Shown: piece by piece, positions 53,714-64,000 of the stretch
How the letters are laid out: every line of letters begins with the position of its first letter
Numbering within the stretch: position 1 is the first letter of the stretch
Assembly (NCBI RefSeq): GCF_001194135.2
Contig: NC_068981.1
Span: 141,655,869 to 141,719,868, forward strand
From: Octopus bimaculoides
Taxonomy: Eukaryota
Reading direction: 5' to 3'
Length of the DNA: 64,000 bases
Position numbers and translations under genes: made by a program
Notes under the pieces: model-generated
The model's input: the letters and a program-made list of their open reading frames with translations, nothing else
Told to the model about the DNA's origin: nothing
Database searches by the model: none

Positions 53714-54286
53714 CATAGACATACAGCATACAAACACACACACACATGTTATTATGAGCAGGTGATAAATTCATCAATACGGGTGCGCTATTTGGATGCG
53801 CACATACTCGCTTTGCCAACAGAATTAGAGCCGCCGGTCTGCCAAAACCAGAGACTGCAAGAAATCTCCAAGAGCAAACAGAATGCATACATTATTTTAA
53901 TTACAGTATCTTAATGTATTTTCCACGTACCATTAACATAACATATTTTTTTATGTATTTATATCTTATCGGCATGAACTCTGGTTTTCTAACGAAAGGA
54001 AAAGCAATTAATACTAATGTAGAGAGTATATCTATTAGCAATCACTCTTGCTCCAAATGTTCGTGCCACCTTTGTTCAACCAGGTAACTTCCAAATAAAT
54101 ATTGCTTTAAGTTTGCTTGTGTGTGAGCACCAGGTGTGAAACTGTGTGGCAATGGAAGGCATTAACACATTTATTCTTCGTATATAACAAGCTGATATAT
54201 GTGCGTGTGCGGTAATACACCGACACTCTCTTTAACAAACACACACATATATGTCTATATGTATATATGCATACATATATATATGC

Positions 54287-54317
<31 letters not shown>

Positions 54318-54437
54318 NNNNNNNNNNNNNNNNNNNNNNNNNNNNNNNNNNNNNNNNNNNNNNNNNNNNNNNNNNNNNNNNNNNNNNNNNNNNNNNNNNN
54401 NNNNNNNNNNNNNNNNNNNNNNNNNNNNNNNNNNNNN

Positions 54438-54715
54438 GTGAAAGCGCACGGCATAGTGGTTAAGATGTTGCACTCACGATTGGTGGATCGTGGCTTCGAT
54501 TCCCAGACCGGGCGTTGAGTAAACTTCTTAAGCAAAGCGCTTCATTTCACGTTGCTCTGTGACCATTTCGACATCCGACATGTGGTATCCGTTGCACCTG
54601 TACAGGTGATTTCGATCTGATTGAGGGAGTGAGGTTATGCCTACACAAATATTTGATCACTGTAAACAAATCATCTGTGTGGTTGTTCGGTACGAAATTG
54701 CCGAACCATTATACG
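54438..54715 (+). mobile_element. tRNA-headed SINE, family C
   Basis: ggcatagtggtt (A-box), gcttcgattccc (B-box); body aligns with 1186-1330. Confidence 0.75.
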
Positions 54716-54738
54716 TCGTCTAACGTCTGGAGGGTCCG

Positions 54739-54741
54739 TTA

Positions 54742-54791
<50 letters not shown>

Positions 54792-54869
54792 GTTGTTGTT
54801 GTTGTTGTTGGTTTTGTTGTTTTTGTTGTTGTTGTTGTTGTTGTTGTTGTTGCTGTTATTATTATTATT
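54739..54869. repeat. Compound (TTA)n/(TTG)n microsatellite
   Basis: Seen directly; on the minus strand it is the (TAA)/(CAA) tail of the adjacent R4 fragment. Confidence 0.97.
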
Positions 54870-55246
54870 CCTTCGTAACACAGTGTAGGTGAAAATGCAC
54901 TGGAGACTTTAGTGATCTGTCAAGTCATAACAAGGATCCCAGACAGATAATACTTTCCTTAAGATGTGTGATGTGCCCAATAAGGCTCCTTTTTGCAAGA
55001 CATCAATCTTGCATGGAATTTCCAGTTGCCTAAAGAAGGCTTGAAACTTCAATGGGATTGAGCCCAACGCTCCGATCACCATTGGTATCACTTTTACATT
55101 ATCCTCTCGCATCCATACAGTCTTGCCGTTTACACTTTCAATTCGGAGTACTTGGTAATTTTTTTCAACCTCTTTACTCACAATATTCATGTAATTTGGT
55201 ATGGCTACATCAATGATCTGACAGTATTTGTATCCCTTACTCACAG
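54870..55246 (-). mobile_element. R4/Dong 3' end (REL endonuclease C-terminus)
   Basis: CQIIDVAIP..NIVSKEVEK.Y..LRIE...W....VKVIPMVIGALG..LQKGALLGTSHILRKVLS. Confidence 0.88.
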
Positions 55247-55880
55247 CTTAGAGCGGAAAAGTCTAAGAAACATCATCGGAGGAACAAAACAACAGCAATT
55301 AGTTTCATGAAAGAAGGAGAAATCCAAAGGTTTCAGCAGAAAAGACAAATAACTTACTACATGGATCCCAATCATGAAATCTGAAAGTAGACATGGGAGA
55401 GTGACTGCTGTATACCCAGGTCATCCATAGATGTGATCGAAAATTACTAAGAAAATAGTAATGATCGAGCTAACAGTCCTGTGAGAGAAGAGGTTGTGAT
55501 CAGGTTTACGAATTGAACCGTACCAAATGCGAGAGCGTTCCGTAGAATTGCAAGGATAAAGGACGGTAGTCATGGCATTTTCTAGTCGAGGTTAGCCGAA
55601 GGGGATTACTTGCTCAGTCGGTATGGAGGATGCTTACATCGAAATGTGAAAAAAGAAGCGAAAGGTAGCTGTACGCATGATGAAAGACGCAGCAGAGAGT
55701 CTCTTGCCGGTTATGGAACAAGAGAGAGGAATTAAGTTGGAAGCCATAACGAGGTGGGAAGTGATTTGGCCACTTGTGCTCACCCACTAACGGAAGGGCG
55801 TTACGTTTCAGGGTCGAAAAACCAAATGATCGGTGGATATCACCGTCTGATAAACTCAGTTTCTCCTGGTCAAACCTCCA
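55247..55880 (+). mobile_element. Second Hero-like 3' fragment (different family)
   Basis: ISFMKEGE; TKKIVMIELTV; CKDKG..SWHFLVEV..RG.LAQSVWRML; RK.AVRMMKDAAE..C.LWNKREE..W; GC-richer 3' UTR. Confidence 0.78.
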
Positions 55881-56466
55881 TCTACTTTGATGAGTGGAAA
55901 AGAAGCAACTTCTTTTAGGTGTTAGCAATAGGTCTGTGTGTGTGTGTGTGTGTGTGTATGTGTGTGTGTGTATGTGTATGGGGGGGGGCGTNNNNNNNNN
56001 NNNNNNNNNNNNNNNNNNNNNNNNNNNNNNNNNNNNNNNNNNNNNNNNNNNNNNNNNNNNNNNNNNNNNNNNNNNNNNNNNNNNNNNNNNNNNNNNNNNN
56101 NNNNNNNNNNNNNNNNNNNNNNNNNNNNNNNNNNNNNNNNNNNNNNNNNNNNNNNNNNNNNNNNNNNNNNNNNNNNNNNNNNNNNNNNNNNNNNNNNNNN
56201 NNNNNNNNNNNNNNNNNNNNNNNNNNNNNNNNNNNNNNNNNNNNNNNNNNNNNNNNNNNNNNNNNNNNNNNNNNNNNNNNNNNNNNNNNNNNNNNNNNNN
56301 NNNNNNNNNNNNNNNNNNNNNNNNNNNNNNNNNNNNNNNNNNNNNNNNNNNNNNNNNNNNNNNNNNNNNNNNNNNNNNNNNNNNNNNNNNNNNNNNNNNN
56401 NNNNNNNNNNNNNNNNNNNNNNNNNNNNNNNNNNNNNNNNNNNNNNNNNNNNNNNNNNNNNNNNNN

Positions 56467-56567
<101 letters not shown>

Positions 56568-57350
56568 CAGTAGGTAGATAGGTATACATATATATGTATA
56601 TATGTGGGTGTGTTAGGAAAAGAGTGTAAGAACCAGGAAGCCAAAATAGGCAAGACAATAAATAGGAAAAACAAAAGCCAAAAAAAAATGGAAATTAGAA
56701 AAAAAAATGAGAAAAATGAGTGCAAAGTACAGGAATTCAAAGAATGACATACTGGGATGGGGGGAAGCGATAAGAATTATGACCTCTCACATCGTTTGAT
56801 CTATAAAGACCGGTTCTTTACACCATTTAATATCTCGTCATCTCTCCTCGGGGACTTCTCAAAGTAGCACGACCATCGTTTTTCTATTAGAACACTTTGT
56901 ATATTTAACAGAGTGCATAGGTAACTTAAGCATAACAATTCTAAACTTATAACACATGAGGAATGATATTAAATGTCCGCTCATGATCTATTTCTATGTG
57001 TTCTTAAGGTTTTCTTGCGTTATTAGAGTGAGGACATGTGGGCGCCACACCGATCNNNNNNNNNNCCGGTTGAATGTACTTTTGATTTAATGTATGTGAG
57101 CTGCTAATTCTGTTGTGTACACCATGAATGTGATTATTTCTTATTTTGTTTCGTAAATATTTTGCGAAAGAAATCATAATTATACGGCGAAAATATAATT
57201 CTTTACTACGGAAATATATTTGTGACTTTTGCTACTGTTTTGTATCTGTCAATTTGATTATTAAAATGTTTCGCTTTATTGCCACGCCACTTCTTCATGT
57301 CATAAATGTTTATGCAAATGTTTACAATAATGTATAATTACATCTGTCTT

Positions 57351-57403
<53 letters not shown>

Positions 57404-57430
57404 ATATCTTTCAATCTATCTACCTCTCTC

Positions 57431-57500
<70 letters not shown>

Positions 57501-59197
57501 TATTGACATATAAACATATGCGCGAACACGTGCACTAATATATTTATTTGTATTTATAAATGCATCTGTGCAAATGCGTTTGTGTTTATAAAAGCATGTA
57601 TGTGCTTTGCTTTTCCCGTTAAATGACAGGAAGAAAAACGTTTAATGGATTTTCCTAAACGTAGAGCCACACATGATGTGTCACCATCACAAACAAACAT
57701 CACAAACATATTAATGAAGAAATGCGAAGACATACATATACAGTAATATGACATGTTGGCGCCACTTTACATTGATACAATAAGCAAAATTTCTGGGCTG
57801 CAAAAGTCTATCTCATTGGAGATGTTCGCAGATGTGCAGTGAAAATGATCATAAAGTGAACACTGAATGAAAGAATATGATACATTAGTGCGCATGTTAT
57901 TTAATATGACATTACTTCAAATTATCGCATACTTTATGCAACACAGATGCACACACACTGTCACCCAAATAAAAAAACAAGCCTCTATCCGACACAGATA
58001 CACATGATTTAGGAAAATGACAGTAGAATGAATGCATAATATTGTGGTGGAAAGTAGAGTTCCCAACATTTAGGAGAGAAAACTTGCGTCGTGCGTTCGA
58101 AGCTTCTGCATCCGATTGTGAAAATATCATGTCGTTTCACTCATTCCGATTTCAAGTGTAGATCGATGTGATGATGTATCTCGGTCTATTAGCCATTTGC
58201 TTTATCGGACATATTTTTCCGTTGTTCTCCTGCTGGTGCAGGAACGTCCGGGGGAACCATAGCTGTTTGGTCTTGTATTCCTAATTACGTATTACGCGAT
58301 CGGATTTTTTATGTCAAAAACACTTCGGTGTTATCATTGCATTTTCTCTGGTTTTGTACAAAATAGGCGATGTTCACCACTTTGGAATTTGAGATGACAG
58401 TTGTTAACATAAGTTACATTTTATCTGATATTTCTTTGGAGTACTTTTTTTAAGTATGAATTCCAAGTTTTTCTATAAAAAATCGAAGGACACCGGTAAG
58501 GGTCTGCGATAACAAGGTTAGTGGTAATTGGAGAAAGTGATAAGATAGTAAATTTATATTGTTGTAAGGAGCCTAGATCCTCTCGTAATGCTTCGATTAC
58601 ATTGTTTTCTCAATTTTAAAATCTTAGTTGGGTGGAGAGAGAAGACGCGCATATATTCCTTGTTTGAACGACTGAATGCACTAGATAGTCAGTTCAAAAG
58701 TAGTTGCTCTGCCTAGACAAGAAACAGAAGGGTAAATTAAACTCATAAATTACATTGACAATCTCTCTCTAGGCATCTTATGCATGTATTTTCATGGAGG
58801 GAATTACAAGTTTTGTCACTAAGTTGATGCATAGTGGAAGTAAAAATCTCCACGTAAAATCTAAAGTGAATTGTATACTAAAGTATATAACCAGGATTAC
58901 TACATTATTAAAGGGAAAAAGATTCTAACCAACACATACACTTAAACCAATCGCTGTAACGATTATTAGTTAAGATATAATGTGTTGTTCTTTCCATTTC
59001 AATGAGTATACGAATCCATGATGCGGAGAGAGAAATGGGACATTTTCAAATACATAAAGGATCTTACCGTTTTCATGAAGTGAGCGAATATCTGGCGAAG
59101 CATACGTATCAGAATTCAACGGATGTTGTCAGAAATTGAGAAATGCTATTGACAACGTGTTGATCTGTTTCACCAGTGTATCTCTCACCGCAATGCT

Positions 59198-59230
<33 letters not shown>

Positions 59231-60569
59231 GCACATAAACATTGCGATGGTGTGTGTGTGTGTGTATGTGTGTGTAAAGAGAGTTTGTGTGTGTGTGTGT
59301 GTTCTTTAGGCATTCCAAAACGGAGTTGCCGAGTTTGACGTATCAGGTATCAGAAGATTCAGTAGGTTTTTGGCTGCCAACTAAACTATATTTTAATTCA
59401 CATATTTGCATTACAAAAATTTAACATTGTTATATTCTATTAGTCACCTATCGCAAACGACATTTTATATCACCACCGTAACGACAATGACGTCACATTT
59501 TCTATATGAGTGTATTCGTGCGTTGGCTACCTACATTAGACCGATGACTGGCAAGTATATGTGTGTGACGGTGTATGTATCTGTCAGTATACATACATTT
59601 TTGTGACGACCAATACATACAGGGACAGATATAGGCTTCACGTGTGCGTTAATATATGTGTGTTTGTGTGTGTGTGTTAATTTATATACGCAAATTTCTC
59701 CCGCTCAATAGTGAAATGCCCTGAAACGAACACCAGCGATGACTTTGAAGTACTACCAACCTGAAGATTTGGCTGATTTAACACTACTCACAATACTCGC
59801 TAATATATCTGAAAATAAAAGAATTGTTATTATGGTTATTATAACAAATTCGGAAACTTGGCGAAGAAGAAAGCCTCAGCGGCTCTTTCAATATAATTAC
59901 AGAAATGTCATTCCACTCCTTCAAACCAGTTTCAAGATAATGTTTTTTTTTTTTTAACAGTCCTTTTATTCTTCATCCCTGTGAATATCGATGTTGCACA
60001 ACATTTTTACTGCGTTCGTCAGTATTTGTTCTACAGCCCATAAGGTTACACAGTTAAAAAATATGTATTAATGTCAAAGGCATCTATATCTTGCTACATA
60101 CATCCTTCAGCAAATATTTCAAATTAACGGTACAACAGCATCTTCCTTTCTATACACTTGGTTCAAAGTTCGCTTCAAAATTGCAAATTAATTCATTTTG
60201 TATGAAAAATTTTCTTGGACTGCCACTTTCTTCACCGAGATATTCAATCGTGAATTTTATAACCTTTAGTACATGTTCCAAATAAACGTTCTCTTTCTGT
60301 ACTTTCTTACATTGGTATAGCATAGTAACTTTTGCTAAATTGGTGACTTTCCATTTCTAATAGCATAACTATGCTACAGAAAGTATGTTTTGCACCTATA
60401 TTGACTACATTTCGTTTCGCTTGAACATGTATGTGTACCTTTTGCTGTTTTCAATATTATTAATTCTATGAGTGTGTTTCTGCGTTCCTTACGTCTATAG
60501 TAAACTACTGTAAAGAACATTTTATGTTGTTTTAATGAGCCCACATCTAATGAAGTAGCCAACCTTATG

Positions 60570-61860
60570 GTTGGTGATCCCCATGAAAATCATATTCTCA
60601 TTCATGTTAGACATAACAAACTTAAATGTGTTTCACAGACTCATCCCCTTATCATGCCCCTCTGTATACTCTTATTCTGCAGAATGGACATTATGGGTAT
60701 CATTTCGATATCCCACGGATAGAATCGGCAACAAGATAGCCAATTACAAACAAAAGGATGTTGTCAAATGACTTCTATTCTTACCAAAGCAAGGTTAAAT
60801 AGAAAGAATATTAAATTAGCAAGAGGTAGTAATAATAATAATGTTAATGTCAAAACTGACTTAAACTCCTACAATATGAATAATAGTATTAATGGTGACG
60901 TAGAAAATAGATACAGTGGTACTAATGCTTCTAATATATACAATATAGACTGTAGCCCCGAGGTCCATGCTAGCAAACACAGGGACTACTGATACGCTTG
61001 ATGATGCTGGGATGAATGTGAATGATACTCTAATTGAAGGATGGAGAGTTAATACCGGATATGAAAATAACACATGCTATACTAGTAGTAGGATTAATAT
61101 TAATAGTAATATTAATAATTATAAAGGTATGAATGTCAATAATATTAATAGTGGTAATTCTCCTAGTTGCAATTGTAGGGTTAAATCTNNNNNNNNNNNN
61201 NNNNNNNNNNNNNNNNNNNNNNNNNNGCTTGATGATGCTGGGATGAATGTGAATGATACTCTAATTGAAGGATGGAGAGTTAATACCGGATATGAAAATA
61301 ACACATGCTATACTAGTAGTAGGATTAATATTAATAGTAATATTAATAATTATAAAGGTATGAATGTCAATAATATTAATAGTGGTAATTCTCCTAGTTG
61401 CAATTGTAGGGTTAAATCTCACAATATGTTATTAGGCAGATGTCTAACCCAAAACGTAATCTATAAGTGTACTATCACAACTGTAGCTGGTAACTTTGTG
61501 TACATAGGATGTTCAATAAATATTTAAAAAGTATTAATAACCATTTTCATCTTTTACGCTAAGGCATAAGGCCAATTGTATGTCCTTATCTAGCAAGATT
61601 TCGGAACTGAAGGAAAGCGGAATCGAATTTAGCCTCAAATGGGATATTATAAGGAAAGCGCAGCCTTATAGAGATAGTCGGTACGGGTGCGAGTTGTGCT
61701 CAATGGAAACTTATGGAATTTTTAAATATAGGGACAAGAGCAACCTGGTTGATAATAAATTAGACCTAAGGGCATCATGCGTACATAGTGTTACCCGTAC
61801 ATTTAAATATTTTCGAAATTAGTATTTATAGGTGCTGCACCTGAACCTGAAGAGAAAAAA
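60570..61860 (+). mobile_element. Penelope-like retroelement 3' portion with GIY-YIG endonuclease (frameshifted)
   Basis: VSFRYPTDRIGNKIAN (linker after RT), CNCRVKS..LLGRCLTQNVIYKCTI...VYIG (VIY-YIG), LSSKISELKE..FSLKWDIIRKAQPY..CELCSME..NL.DN..DL...C.H. Confidence 0.88.
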
Positions 61861-62093
61861 ATAATTTTAGTATCGTATATGATGTGAACATTGTCTTACT
61901 ATTCTCTATAATTTCTCATTATTGTGTTTTCTTATTTTGATATCTTTATCTGTTAACCTAGAGAAATATAAACTTTCTAGTTACTTAACAAATCGCCCCC
62001 AGGACTTCCGTTTTGTAAGCCTAGTACTTATCCAAGCGATGGTGGGGACAGACATAGACACACAAACACACACACATACAGACACGCACACAC

Positions 62094-62179
<86 letters not shown>

Positions 62180-63602
62180 NNNNNNNNNNNNNNNNNNNNN
62201 NNNNNNNNNNNNNNNNNNNNNNNNNNNNNNNNNNNNNNNNNNNNNNNNNNNNNNNNNNNNNNNNNNNNNNNNNNNNNNNNNNNNNNNNNNNNNNNNNNNN
62301 NNNNNNNNNNNNNNNNNNNNNNNNNNNNNNNNNNNNNNNNNNNNNNNNNNNNNNNNNNNNNNNNNNNNNNNNNNNNNNNNNNNNNNNNNNNNNNNNNNNN
62401 NNNNNNNNNNNNNNNNNNNNNNNNNNNNNNNNNNNNNNNNNNNNNNNNNNNNNNNNNNNNNNNNNNNNNNNNNNNNNNNNNNNNNNNNNNNNNNNNNNNN
62501 NNNNNNNNNNNNNNNNNNNNNNNNNNNNNNNNNNNNNNNNNNNNNNNNNNNNNNNNNNNNNNNNNNNNNNNNNNNNNNNNNNNNNNNNNNNNNNNNNNNN
62601 NNNNNNNNNNNNNNNNNNNNNNNNNNNNNNNNNNNNNNNNNNNNNNNNNNNNNNNNNNNNNNNNNNNNNNNNNNNNNNNNNNNNNNNNNNNNNNNNNNNN
62701 NNNNNNNNNNNNNNNNNNNNNNNNNNNNNNNNNNNNNNNNNNNNNNNNNNNNNNCTTATATATATATATATATATTAGATACATAGTGGGAGATTACATT
62801 TTAGGAATTGAAATGTTATGAAATTAAAATGTTTAGGTATAAGAATGAGTTTAAATAATATACGAACTAAAGTGAAAGTGAACTGTATGAAGAACAGAGT
62901 AGGAAGAAAAATTAATGGGGCCAATGGCATGAATTTTAATTGCTTAGTTAGATATGTTGAGTGGTATATGCAACCAATTCCTAATGCAATAAATATTGTA
63001 GAAATCCGACAAGCAACCTCAATAATAATTAGTTTCAGAAAATATTCAGTTTTTGAAGTTTAGTCATAAGAAGGTCATCCTTGTTAACTATACTATGTTT
63101 CGCTATTATTAAACTTCATTTGCAATATAAAGTTAATTAACTTCGCTGTCAGTTGGCCGGTGTTCCTTATTTTTCTTTTTCCTTTTTTATATTGGTTGAA
63201 AGAATGATAAGTGTATTTTTGGTGAACTCTATTTGCATAATCTTCGATTTAGTTAAGCGAAATAGTTCATACGAGTCAACGATATAAACTTAGATCTTTC
63301 GCTGACGTAGTCGTGCTCTGAATTATGTATGCAAACAAATATTCATTGTGTACATAAATTTCCTTCTTAGTTGTCGAAAGAATACTAAAATCTAGCGGCA
63401 GTCGATCGTTATAACCAAAAAAGTAATTTCAGATGAATTTCAGAACTAATTTAAATTTTTATATGTATGAGAAAATTTGATATGTGTTACCTGGAAAGCT
63501 GCCAGCTTACGGGGAGGTTTCGATCGTATTAGATATCATGAAAATTGCTTCATCCCCACTAGTACGAAAGTTTCGATTTTCTTTCGAAATAATGTTACAC
63601 TT

Positions 63603-63773
63603 AGGCGTAGGAGTGGCTGTGTGGTAAGTAGGTTAATTAGCAACCACTAGGTTCCGGTTCAGTCCCACTGTGTGGCAACTTAGGCAAGTGACTTCTACTA
63701 TAGCCTCGGGCCGACCAAAGCCCTGTGAGTGGATTTGGTAGACGGAAACTGAAAGAAGCCAGTCGTATATATA

Positions 63774-63811
<38 letters not shown>

Positions 63812-63839
63812 TGTGTCTGTGTTTGTCCCACCAATAACG
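63603..63839 (+). mobile_element. tRNA-headed SINE, family B (resembles recalled Octopus OR/OK-type SINEs)
   Basis: aggcgtaggagtggctgtgtggtaag (A-box), ggttcagtccc (B-box), ctatagcctcgggccgaccaaagcc..ggatttggtagacggaaactg, internal (AT)/(GT) microsatellite. Confidence 0.85.
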
Positions 63840-63968
63840 TTTACTAAGTGGTTGAAGGAAAATTAGAAAGAAACAAACGAACACACGCATGACCATACTA
63901 ACGCATACACATACTAGTTTACATGTTTACGTTCGAGAGAGACCTGACATACATGCATACATATATAA

Positions 63969-64000
<32 letters not shown>

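Overview
Eukaryotic, AT-rich, repeat-dense draft-assembly DNA with many N-gaps (largest about 2478-3052, 10600-11326, 32536-33280, 38948-39438, 49845-50121, 55992-56466, 62180-62754). The very high microsatellite load and the SINE/LINE families look like a cephalopod (Octopus-like) genome; this is inference from recalled repeat families, not a database hit. I recognise no host protein-coding gene, tRNA, rRNA or CRISPR array, so the window reads as intergenic or deep intronic. Interpretable content is almost all transposon relics: two internally deleted mariner elements with intact TIRs and TA duplications, one maT/DD37D-type element, about seven R4/Dong-clade fragments, two Hero-like fragments, two CR1-like LINEs, several RTE relics, one Penelope-like element with a GIY-YIG domain, three families of tRNA-headed SINEs (often in head-to-tail arrays), and many micro/minisatellites. 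Most long ORFs in the supplied track are artefacts of microsatellites or N-runs. I found no convincing new biological system. The best leads are the R4/Dong fragments joined through (TAA)n tracts, both Hero 5' junctions abutting inverted sequence, a mariner derivative that keeps only an open DNA-binding-domain ORF, a Penelope ORF with a long Asn-rich linker, and a degenerate hammerhead-ribozyme-like motif.
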